NCBI GenBank assembly: GCA_964590105.1
Contig: CAZPYM010000003.1
Location: 8,179-72,178, forward strand
Origin: an uncultured Gammaproteobacteria bacterium
Lineage (GTDB): Bacteria; Patescibacteriota; Patescibacteriia; UBA11705; JABHMO01
Direction of reading: 5' to 3'
DNA: 64,000 nucleotides
The notes beneath the pieces are model-generated. The model searched no databases. It worked only from the letters and a program-made list of their open reading frames with translations, and had not been told where the DNA came from. This document shows, in pieces, positions 1-7,136 of the stretch (positions within the stretch are counted from its first letter, which is position 1; each line of letters starts with the position of its first letter). The position numbers and the translations under genes are program-made.

Positions 1-9
1 GATCAGATT

Positions 10-918
10 ATGAAGTTGCTCCTTGATCTGGAGTTGAATCTGAATATAAAAAAAGAATTTGCGCCAACTTCTCCTTTCCTCCGAACAATTTTATTTAGCA
101 AAGCAATTGCCAATCATTCCGGTTATGCCAATTTGCCGGAAGCAATGTCTATGGGCGAAGAACCAACACTTGAGAGCTTACATTACATAAAAGATATTAT
201 TCAGAACATGATTAAACAACATATTATTTTGACCGGCGAGCTTCGTCAGGGGAAAAAGGAAGAACCAACCGAGACAAGAGAAAAAAGATTGGTTGAAGCC
301 GCCGCATATTTTGACGAGGGGTATGCGCCGGGCGCGCCGGAATCAAAAAGGTTGGCCAAAGTTTTTTCCGTTCCTAATATAAATGAATTTTTGCAAAACA
401 GAGAAGAAAAAGCAACCGGTCAGGAGCAGGAGATTTCCATGATTCCGGACAGAGGCGTAGTCGGTGAACTGAGTGGGTACTATGCCGATGCCTGTTGGAC
501 GTCGCAATATATGTTCTTGCGAGATTGGCCAAATATTACTCCCTATAAATTTGTTATGGAGACGGAAGACGATGTCCAGAAAATTATTGGCTCGGTTCTC
601 TTGATTGAAACTGAATCAAGGAGCGGTGAAAAAGTTTTGGTTGTGCGCGGTCTCAATCCTCGTGACGAATTTCTAAATGGGTTTCAAGCAGCTGATTTTT
701 GTGAAAAGGTTTTTGAGAAAGTAAAAAGTACCGCTGAAAGAATTGGGGCGAAAAAAGTATTGGTCGCATTGAAATCTGGATCAACAAGCAATCGCGGTAG
801 TATAAATAGCTATGCTTCGAATTATGGAAAAGATGAATTTTTTGTTCCATTGCAAGAATCTGTTAATTTTAATAATTATGAAATTCAGGAAGCTTGTTAT
901 CAGGTGAGGACAGTTTAG
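10..918 (+). CDS. hypothetical protein (possibly 5'-partial; the frame is open to the window start)
   Basis: 302-aa ORF from the track; no motif recognised; the next gene starts 15 nt downstream. Confidence 0.5.
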   Translation: MKLLLDLELNLNIKKEFAPTSPFLRTILFSKAIANHSGYANLPEAMSMGEEPTLESLHYIKDIIQNMIKQHIILTGELRQGKKEEPTETREKRLVEAAAYFDEGYAPGAPESKRLAKVFSVPNINEFLQNREEKATGQEQEISMIPDRGVVGELSGYYADACWTSQYMFLRDWPNITPYKFVMETEDDVQKIIGSVLLIETESRSGEKVLVVRGLNPRDEFLNGFQAADFCEKVFEKVKSTAERIGAKKVLVALKSGSTSNRGSINSYASNYGKDEFFVPLQESVNFNNYEIQEACYQVRTV

Positions 919-932
919 TCTAAATAGATTGT

Positions 933-2252
933 ATGCGTATTATCGCTGACTTTCATATCCATTCCAAATATTCCCGAGCCACTTCTCCGCAGATGGAAGT
1001 GGGTGTTTTAGATTTGTGGGCGACAAAAAAGGGAATTGACATCATGGCGACGGGGGATTTCACGCATCCGCAGTACTTGAAGGAATTAAAAGAAAAGTTG
1101 GTTGAAGATGGAACTGGGCTTCTGAAACTCAAAGCACAAAACCCAAAATCCAAAGGAAATTTAAAATTTAAAAACCAAAGTTTAAAATTTGTATTAAGCG
1201 GGGAGATAAGTTGTATCTATAAAGACAAAGATAAAACGCGGCGATTGCATATTTTAATTTTAGCGCCGGATTTTCAGACAGTTGATAAAATAAACTCAGC
1301 TTTGAATAAATTAAATTGTAATCTAAAATCGGACGGTCGACCAATTATTGGTTTGTCGGCAAAAAAACTGGCGGAAATTTGTTTTGCGGCCAATGAAAAA
1401 ACAATGGTCATTCCGGCGCACGTCTGGACGCCGTGGTTTGCGATTTTTGGATCTAAATCAGGTTATGATTCGCTGGAAGAGTGTTTCGAAGAATTAACGC
1501 CGAGGATTTTTGCGATCGAAACAGGTCTAAGCTCTGATCCGGAAATGAATTGGCGCTTGTCGCAGTTGGACAACATCACTTTGATTTCCAATTCCGACGC
1601 TCATTCGCCCCAAAACATCGGACGCGAAGCAAATGTTTTTGATTTGCAAGAAGTTACTTATGATGAGATTCGAGAAATTTTAAAAACAAAAGACTCCGTC
1701 TCCGCCAAGGCTTCGACGGACAAGCAAAAAAGATTTTTATATACGGTTGAATTTTATCCGCAGGAAGGGCGATATCATTTTGACGGCCATCGCGACTGTA
1801 AATTTTCCTGTTCGCCGCAGGAAAGCAAAAGCAAACACAAAAACATCTGCCCTGTTTGCAAGCGGGCATTGGTCCTTGGCGTGGAACATCGCGTTGATGA
1901 TTTGGCTGACAGAAAACTTGGATTCAAACCGGGAAATTCAATACCATTCAAAAGTTTGGTTCCGCTTCGAGAAATAATTGCCGAGTGCCTGCAAAAAGGC
2001 AAAGCAACCAAAGGAGTTCAGGGGCTATATGAAAAAATGTTGGAACAAAAAACCGAATTTGAAATTTTGCTGGATTTGAATAGGAGCCAAATAAAAGAAA
2101 TCTCCAATGAAATTATTGCCGAAGCTATTATGCGTGTGCGTGAGGGAAAAATTGTGATTAAGCCAGGGTTTGACGGCGAGTACGGAGTGGTAAAAGTTTT
2201 TAATGAGAAAGAAATAAAAAATTTATTGCCAACACAGAATAAGTTGATTTGA
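933..2252 (+). CDS. PHP (polymerase/histidinol phosphatase) domain protein, endonuclease Q-like
   Basis: The N-terminus 'IADFHIHSKYSRA' is the classic PHP metal-binding start. A C-terminal Cys cluster 'CPVCKRALVLGVEHRVDD' (zinc-finger-like) and the ~440-aa length resemble EndoQ-type PHP nucleases. Confidence 0.6.
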   Translation: MRIIADFHIHSKYSRATSPQMEVGVLDLWATKKGIDIMATGDFTHPQYLKELKEKLVEDGTGLLKLKAQNPKSKGNLKFKNQSLKFVLSGEISCIYKDKDKTRRLHILILAPDFQTVDKINSALNKLNCNLKSDGRPIIGLSAKKLAEICFAANEKTMVIPAHVWTPWFAIFGSKSGYDSLEECFEELTPRIFAIETGLSSDPEMNWRLSQLDNITLISNSDAHSPQNIGREANVFDLQEVTYDEIREILKTKDSVSAKASTDKQKRFLYTVEFYPQEGRYHFDGHRDCKFSCSPQESKSKHKNICPVCKRALVLGVEHRVDDLADRKLGFKPGNSIPFKSLVPLREIIAECLQKGKATKGVQGLYEKMLEQKTEFEILLDLNRSQIKEISNEIIAEAIMRVREGKIVIKPGFDGEYGVVKVFNEKEIKNLLPTQNKLI

Positions 2253-2253
2253 A

Positions 2254-2302
2254 TTTATAATTTATAATCTATAATCTATAATCTATAATCTATAATTTAT
2301 TA
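2254..2302. repeat. tandem heptamer repeat (ttataat/ctataat) x7
   Basis: Seen directly: aatttataatttataatctataatctataatctataatctataatttat, immediately after the stop codon of the PHP gene. Each unit contains a TATAAT hexamer. Confidence 0.8.
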
Positions 2303-2315
2303 TTTGTTGTTTACC

Positions 2316-2342
2316 AAAAAAGCCCCGAATGGGGCTTTTTTA
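2316..2342. terminator. bidirectional intrinsic terminator
   Basis: aaaaa-AGCCCCgaatGGGGCT-tttttt: a GC hairpin flanked by an A-run and a T-run. It serves the + gene ending at 2252 and the - strand small ORF ending at 2356. Confidence 0.7.
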
Positions 2343-2355
2343 GTTATAGGGCTAT

Positions 2356-2508
2356 TTATCTCTTCTTGCGTTTTGCCGCTTTCTTTTTCTTAGGAGCAGC
2401 TTTTCTCTTTTTTGGAGCAGCTTTCCTTTTCTTAGGAGCCGCTTTTCTCTTTTTTGGAGCAGCTTTCCTTTTCTTAGGAGCCGCTTTCTTTCTTTTTTTT
2501 GCTGGCAT
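2356..2508 (-). CDS. small lysine-rich tandem-repeat protein (50 aa; histone H1/Hc-like basic repeat)
   Basis: Not in the ORF track (under 60 aa). Hand translation of the minus strand gives MPAKKRKKAAPKKRKAAPKKRKAAPKKRKAAPKKRKAAKRKKR*. The start codon is preceded by AAGGAAAAAATT (Shine-Dalgarno, SD) and followed by the terminator above. The nucleotide sequence shows 4 perfect 21-nt repeats. Confidence 0.5.
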   Translation of the reverse strand: MPAKKRKKAAPKKRKAAPKKRKAAPKKRKAAPKKRKAAPKKKKAAKRKKR

Positions 2509-2805
2509 AATTTTTTCCTTAAAACTTTTTAAGTAGAAAATAAATTTTCTTTCCTAAAAAATTTATAAAGATTTTTTTATTTTTTATTAATTTTTATTTT
2601 TAATCGGCCTTTCAATTTAATTATAAATCTTTTTTGCGAGATTAACAATAGTTTTTTGGAAAAAAAATAAAAAATGGGGATAACTTTTTAAATTGAGGTT
2701 GACGACAACAAAACACTGAAGCGACGAAACAAGAAAATAAAAAGAAAAAATAAAACAGCTCGCATGGGCGAGCTGTGAAGAAAAAGGAAATGAATTACTT
2801 GAATT

Positions 2806-3369
2806 TTAGTCGTTTGATTTTTTATAAATGAATATTTGCACGGAATTTTTTTTGTTCGGGAGAGTGTCAACGACTTTTTGGGGCCGCCAGGTGGGAAAGT
2901 AGCTTTCATTAGCAATAACAATCGCGCCGGGTTTTAATTCAGCCAGTAATTTTTTTTCCAGGGGCGGCATTGTCGAATACCATAGGTAAGTAAAAATAAT
3001 ATCTGTCTTGCTTAGGTCCAGATTAAAAATATTTGCCCTTGAAAAGTTTACTCCGCGTTTGAAGAATTTATTTTTGAGCTTGGCCAGGCTAATGCGTAAA
3101 AAATTGTTGTCGCTGGCGTAAACATTTAGTTTTGGAAACCTTTTTTTTAGATTCAGCGAAAACGTGCCGCGCGCGCAACCCAGATCGTAAAAAGTTTTGT
3201 CTTGCAAGCTGTTTTGTTCAATGATTCGATAAACAATATTCTGCGCTTCCCGGTTTGAATTGACGTCATGGCCCAGTATTACCAAATCAAGTAAAAAGAT
3301 AAAACAAAGCAGGGAGATAATTATTAGAATTAGTCCCAAGAAAATTAGAAACACCATGAATAGTGTCAT
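2806..3369 (-). CDS. class I SAM-dependent methyltransferase with N-terminal TM helix
   Basis: Motif I 'YDLGCARGTFSL' (GxGxG-type SAM binding). The N-terminus is hydrophobic. A 4-nt ATGA overlap with the upstream ATP-grasp gene indicates an operon. Confidence 0.7.
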   Translation of the reverse strand: MTLFMVFLIFLGLILIIISLLCFIFLLDLVILGHDVNSNREAQNIVYRIIEQNSLQDKTFYDLGCARGTFSLNLKKRFPKLNVYASDNNFLRISLAKLKNKFFKRGVNFSRANIFNLDLSKTDIIFTYLWYSTMPPLEKKLLAELKPGAIVIANESYFPTWRPQKVVDTLPNKKNSVQIFIYKKSND

Positions 3370-4586
3370 AAATAATATTTTAGTACCATGTTAACTAAAG
3401 CTTTGGCCGGATTTTGCGGCTGGCCATAAGTTGGTCGATGATGCATTTCAATGCAAGGCAGACTATTTAGCTCGAGCACGGCAGACGGCTGATTTTTCCA
3501 GGACTTGGAAATGTCAGCTGTGATAAAATCAAGGCCAACGACCCTGGAGTCAAAATATTTAGCAATGTCAAAGAAAAGTTTAGAATTATCAGGATGCACT
3601 TGATCAGTCACCTCGGCAATGTCGCCGCCATATTTCATAAAAGGATCTTTTTGCAAAAAAATTGTTTTATCCGATTGCGGAATGCTTTGCAAGGTTAGTC
3701 CTTGCTCTGTTAAAAGTGATTCAGAGGCGGTATTAAATTTTAATTTGTGCAAAAATTTTTCATCGCGGCGCGGATCATTGTTTTTTTTCCGGATTAATTC
3801 TTCGATGCAATCTTGTCCGTTCCCTATTACGTGAGCGGAAATTTGTTTGGCGCAGGCCAGAAACGTAAAATCAATTATTGTTGCTCTATGCACGAAGCTA
3901 TTCGGAACAAATTTTTCAATAATAAAGGCCGGTGAGTATTGTCCGGATTTTTTTATGGCCGCGCGCAATTGTTCTGTGTTGTTAATATTGGTTGTGACGT
4001 GCCGACTGACCGAGCCGCTGCGAGGTTTAACAACCAAGGGAAACCCAAGCTGGCTTTCGCCGTAATTTAGGGCTTTGTTTTTTTGCCAAAGCCAGAAAGC
4101 GCGCCCCTCCGCCACCGGAAAGCCGCCTTGCTTCAGTAGTTGTTTGCATTTATGCTTGTCGTCAATCACGGCGGCATTTTTGGAATTGGCGAATTGTGCA
4201 GTCGGCAGATTGTCAAAACGAATTTTTTTACCTTGATAAAACATTTGAAAATGATTGGTCACGCCAAATCGACTGCGTAGAATATTAAAAGTAAATCCGT
4301 GCTTTTTTGCTTCTTCAATAAAATAAAAAGTGCGTAATTGCAATTCGTCATCTGAAAAAGTCTCATCAATCTTTGCGAGATTGATGGCGGTAAAAACATT
4401 TTCCATGATCGCGTCGATTTGACCATCCAGTTTTCTTGACCAATTTCCTGTTGCTTTTGGCAGGAAAACATTGGTAATCAATTCTTCCAGCCAGGTGTGG
4501 ATGTGATGCGACCGCGGCATTTCGCAGTCAGGGCAGTATTTATTGTTGGTATTATTTTGCATAATTAAGCTTGTTTGCTCTTTCAT
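3366..4586 (-). CDS. ATP-grasp domain protein (RimK/cyanophycin-synthetase-like peptide ligase fold)
   Basis: 'GFPLVVKPRSGSVSRHVT' is the typical ATP-grasp phosphate-binding segment, with a later 'VVGLDFI...LELNSLP' segment. 406 aa. Confidence 0.65.
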   Translation of the reverse strand: MKEQTSLIMQNNTNNKYCPDCEMPRSHHIHTWLEELITNVFLPKATGNWSRKLDGQIDAIMENVFTAINLAKIDETFSDDELQLRTFYFIEEAKKHGFTFNILRSRFGVTNHFQMFYQGKKIRFDNLPTAQFANSKNAAVIDDKHKCKQLLKQGGFPVAEGRAFWLWQKNKALNYGESQLGFPLVVKPRSGSVSRHVTTNINNTEQLRAAIKKSGQYSPAFIIEKFVPNSFVHRATIIDFTFLACAKQISAHVIGNGQDCIEELIRKKNNDPRRDEKFLHKLKFNTASESLLTEQGLTLQSIPQSDKTIFLQKDPFMKYGGDIAEVTDQVHPDNSKLFFDIAKYFDSRVVGLDFITADISKSWKNQPSAVLELNSLPCIEMHHRPTYGQPQNPAKALVNMVLKYYL

Positions 4587-4744
4587 CTTAGCAAAAAAAA
4601 ACGGATAATACTAGCGTCGGCAACTTGACGGAGGCCTTGGAAACTGCTAGTATGTAATTACTTATTTTGTTGGAATCAGAAACAAAATAAATTATTTCAT
4701 TTACAATAGGTTTATCCAGAGCCTGAATTAATGAAGTATATAAG

Positions 4745-4821
4745 GGGCCCGTAGCTCAGTTGGCTAGAGCGCCTCGCTTGCACCGAGGAGGTCACAGGTT
4801 CGATTCCTGCCGGGTCCACCA
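4745..4821 (+). tRNA. tRNA-Ala (anticodon TGC)
   Basis: A cloverleaf can be drawn by hand: acceptor gggcccg/cgggtcc with the G3:U70 Ala identity pair, anticodon loop ctTGCac, T-loop ttcgatt, and CCA encoded. Confidence 0.9.
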
Positions 4822-4980
4822 AAAACCATTCACTTTTTTAGAAAGTGGATGGTTTTTGAATTGAGAGGAGTTCAGGTTCGTGGTAAACCATGAACTACTT
4901 ATTTTTTCTGAAAGTGGGTGGTTTTTCGTTATGGGTAAGGACATTAAAGGAGCGTTTTCGCTAAAATTAAATAATACATA

Positions 4981-5009
4981 TTGACAAAAGCATAAAAGTA
5001 TGCTACAAT
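4981..5009 (+). promoter_or_regulatory. sigma70-like promoter TTGACA-N17-TACAAT
   Basis: ttgacaaaagcataaaagtatgctacaat, located 44 nt upstream of the GGAGG SD and ATG of the 5053 gene. Confidence 0.55.
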
Positions 5010-5052
5010 TAAAATTGTAATTTGAATATTGACAATTAATGGAGGAAGAAAG

Positions 5053-5889
5053 ATGAAGGAATTCGTACTGGATTCTGTGACCAAGATGGATGCGGTGTGC
5101 TGGCTGTTTGTCCTGGCCTTTTTCTGCGGCTGCGCTCTGCTGTGCGGCGGTGATGTCAGAATGGCGTTCATCGGAGCCTGGGGCGTGATCGGCACGATGT
5201 TTCTGATCAGCGTCTCAATCGAGATGATCATCGAAACGCTGAAGAACATGCGCGGACTTGGGACTATCGTAGGATTCATTACAAATGGTCCGGAAGCCCT
5301 GTGTCTGATCGTCGGCTTACTGGCTGGCGACGTGCTGTTCGCGGCTTCCACGCCGCTCGGCTCGAACTTCATGAATCCAGTTCTTTTGGTGATTGCCGCG
5401 ATAGTGACAAAGCGAGCGATCGCTACCTGGCGGACGAACAGAGCGTACAGTCTGACCTGCATTGGACTCACGGCTGCATTTGCCGCGGAGTTTTATTTCC
5501 TGCCGGAAAAGCTTTATTGGATTTGGTGGGGAGCGGCGGCGATCATGACGGCTGTCCTGTTTTTTTGGCGGCCGAAAGAGAAAGAGCCTGAGAGCAAGGA
5601 AGAAGCCGCTTTTTCCAAGCTGTGGCTGATTCCCGCAGTGGCAGTAATGCTTACGGCCGGATATTTCCTGGATCCGGTCGTGTCATTCGCTTCGGCGCAA
5701 TCACATGCGCCGAAAAATCTCATCGGGTTCTTGGTTTTGGCCACGCTTACCAGCTGGCCGGAATTCAAGTCCTGCCTGGTCCTTTTCCGAAGGGGCCGAG
5801 TGCTCTCCGCGATTCTCAATATCACGGTGAGCAACATTACCAACATCTGGCTGGCAATGCTCGGTGCCGGGATCTACCTCGTTTTCTAA
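5053..5889 (+). CDS. multi-pass membrane protein, Ca2+/cation antiporter (CaCA)-like; GC-rich gene
   Basis: Start taken at the ATG (5053) preceded by GGAGGAAGAAAG, rather than the track's 5029. Two alpha-repeat-like segments, 'GFITNGPEALCLIVGLLAG' and 'ATLTSWPEF', resemble the G(T/S)SxPE motifs of YrbG/CaCA exchangers. GC content is visibly about 55%, against about 38% in the surroundings. Confidence 0.55.
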   Translation: MKEFVLDSVTKMDAVCWLFVLAFFCGCALLCGGDVRMAFIGAWGVIGTMFLISVSIEMIIETLKNMRGLGTIVGFITNGPEALCLIVGLLAGDVLFAASTPLGSNFMNPVLLVIAAIVTKRAIATWRTNRAYSLTCIGLTAAFAAEFYFLPEKLYWIWWGAAAIMTAVLFFWRPKEKEPESKEEAAFSKLWLIPAVAVMLTAGYFLDPVVSFASAQSHAPKNLIGFLVLATLTSWPEFKSCLVLFRRGRVLSAILNITVSNITNIWLAMLGAGIYLVF

Positions 5890-5908
5890 ATTTCACAAAA
5901 AGAAAAAA

Positions 5909-5943
5909 GGGAGTCATGCATCGCCATGTGTGACTCCTTTTTG
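5909..5943 (+). terminator. intrinsic terminator
   Basis: GGGAGTCA-tgcatcgccatgtg-TGACTCC-TTTTT, directly after the stop at 5889. Confidence 0.7.
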
Positions 5944-5952
5944 ATTTCATTA

Positions 5953-5981
5953 TTGACATTGCAAAGCCTGCCTGATATTAT
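5953..5981 (+). promoter_or_regulatory. consensus promoter TTGACA-N17-TATTAT driving a non-coding transcript
   Basis: ttgacattgcaaagcctgcctgatattat. No ORF with an RBS follows; a terminator lies about 200 nt downstream. Confidence 0.55.
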
Positions 5982-5988
5982 GATAGCG

Positions 5989-6196
5989 ACAACCTCAAAA
6001 GCGCTTGATCTTAGCTATCCCTAAGAGAGCTCAAAAAGCGCGCTGCCAAAAGAACCCTTTCGACGTTGCTCAGGGGGAGCGCGGAGAATCGTTAGTAGAT
6101 TTGGCCGGGTAAGCCCGTAACAGCCGTTAATTAAGTAAAAGCTCAAGCTGGTACCTTCTGGCATTGCAGAAGCTTGGCACGCCGAGCTTTTTTTGT
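5989..6196 (+). ncRNA. candidate small structured RNA (~200 nt; identity unresolved, SRP RNA or 6S-like possible)
   Basis: Bounded by the promoter above and by the hairpin AGCTTGG-cacg-CCGAGCT plus T7 terminator (6171-6196). It is GC-rich relative to its flanks. It contains GGCCGGG-UAAG-CCCG-UAACAGCC, a short hairpin with a 3' asymmetric UAACA bulge, loosely reminiscent of SRP domain IV. The only ORF here (6021..6209, minus strand) has no support. Confidence 0.4.
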
Positions 6197-6214
6197 TTGT
6201 ATAAGACAAGATAA

Positions 6215-6275
6215 GGGTACTTAGCTCAGTCGGTTAGAGCGTACGGTTCACATCCGTAAGATCACAGGTTCGAGC
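6215..6275 (+). pseudogene. truncated tRNA-Val(CAC)-like 5' fragment (acceptor 5' half through T-loop; no 3' T-stem or acceptor strand)
   Basis: gggtact-ta-gctc-agtcggtta-gagc-g-tacgg-ttCACat-ccgta-agatc-acagg-ttcgagc is followed by ataatgcc..., not by cctgt + agtaccc. The cloverleaf cannot be closed. Confidence 0.55.
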
Positions 6276-6384
6276 ATAATGCCTCACGGTTTATAAATGG
6301 AAGCTAAAATCGATAAGATAGAGTTTAGTAGTTTTCGGTCTCCATGTCACTATTTATTAGGCAGTTAAATTTTTATAATTTTAT

Positions 6385-6885
6385 ATGATAGATATTAAGC
6401 CAATTAAACAATCTGTGGGAATGTGTGGCCCTATTTCCTTTAAGATGGTTATGGATTTTTACGGATTTGACAGGCCCGTAGAGTATTGGAAAGAGGTAAC
6501 TGGAAAAGAGTTTATCAATGGTGATACTGGAGCCGTTGAATTTGGATACTGGGATGAAATGTTTGTAGACAACGTCAAGAAATTAGGTTATCAAGGTTTT
6601 TGTAAGGACAATTCTAGCATTGACGAGATTAAAGATTATATTAGTAGAGAGATTCCGGTAATTGTTAATTGGTTTTCTCCTGAACAAGGCTCTCATTTCT
6701 CGGTGGTGTCGGGTGTTGAGGGAGATAAAATTTATTTTGCTGATCCATGCTTTGGTGAAATCAAGGAATATAACGTAAATTGGTTTTTGGAAAGATGGTC
6801 GGACCATGGATTGGTGCCAATGGATTATCCAGATAATGATCCAGGCTGGGTGCATAGAATATGCGTAGTTTATCCTAATAAGTAA
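6385..6885 (+). CDS. peptidase C39-like (papain-fold cysteine peptidase) domain protein
   Basis: 'SVGMCGPISFKMVMDFYG' matches the C39 catalytic-Cys region (nDCGpaaL..l.yyG), and the downstream 'GSHFSVVSGVEGDKIYFADP' matches the His region. 166 aa, standalone, with no ABC transporter fused. Confidence 0.55.
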   Translation: MIDIKPIKQSVGMCGPISFKMVMDFYGFDRPVEYWKEVTGKEFINGDTGAVEFGYWDEMFVDNVKKLGYQGFCKDNSSIDEIKDYISREIPVIVNWFSPEQGSHFSVVSGVEGDKIYFADPCFGEIKEYNVNWFLERWSDHGLVPMDYPDNDPGWVHRICVVYPNK

Positions 6886-6971
6886 AAGTATGGCCATAAC
6901 TCTTTGCAAAAAAACATTGAAGCAATTAGAGAAGTCAATACTCAGGGCTGGTTAGGGCGCAGTTTTTTTAT

Positions 6972-7048
6972 GGTTGCTTAGCTCAGTTGGTTAGAGCGCT
7001 GCACTCACATTGCAGAGGTCCTGGGTTCAAATCCCAGAGCAACCACCA
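6972..7048 (+). tRNA. tRNA-Val (anticodon CAC)
   Basis: Acceptor ggttgct/agcaacc, D-arm gctcagttggttagagc, anticodon stem-loop ctgca-ctCACat-tgcag, T-arm ctggg-ttcaaat-cccag, CCA encoded. Confidence 0.9.
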
Positions 7049-7136
7049 AACTTTTAATCATTTAAACAAAAAACATTTATTTACTACTGGTTTTACTTAT
7101 TTTTTTTATAATTCATTATTAATTTATATTTATTTT

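Noticed and set aside
5029-5052. Upstream start (MTINGGRK) for the cation-antiporter-like gene
   Set aside because: The ATG at 5053 is preceded at optimal spacing by GGAGGAAGAAAG. The upstream extension would place the start codon within the promoter's -10 region.
6021-6209. 62-aa minus-strand ORF
   Set aside because: It lies wholly inside the small-RNA candidate bounded by a promoter and a terminator. It has no SD and runs into the terminator hairpin.
6987-7136. N-terminal 50-aa extension of the ileS ORF (track start 6987)
   Set aside because: It overlaps the tRNA-Val gene and its CCA end. The ATG at 7137 gives the canonical IleRS N-terminus, so the extension is an ORF-caller artefact.
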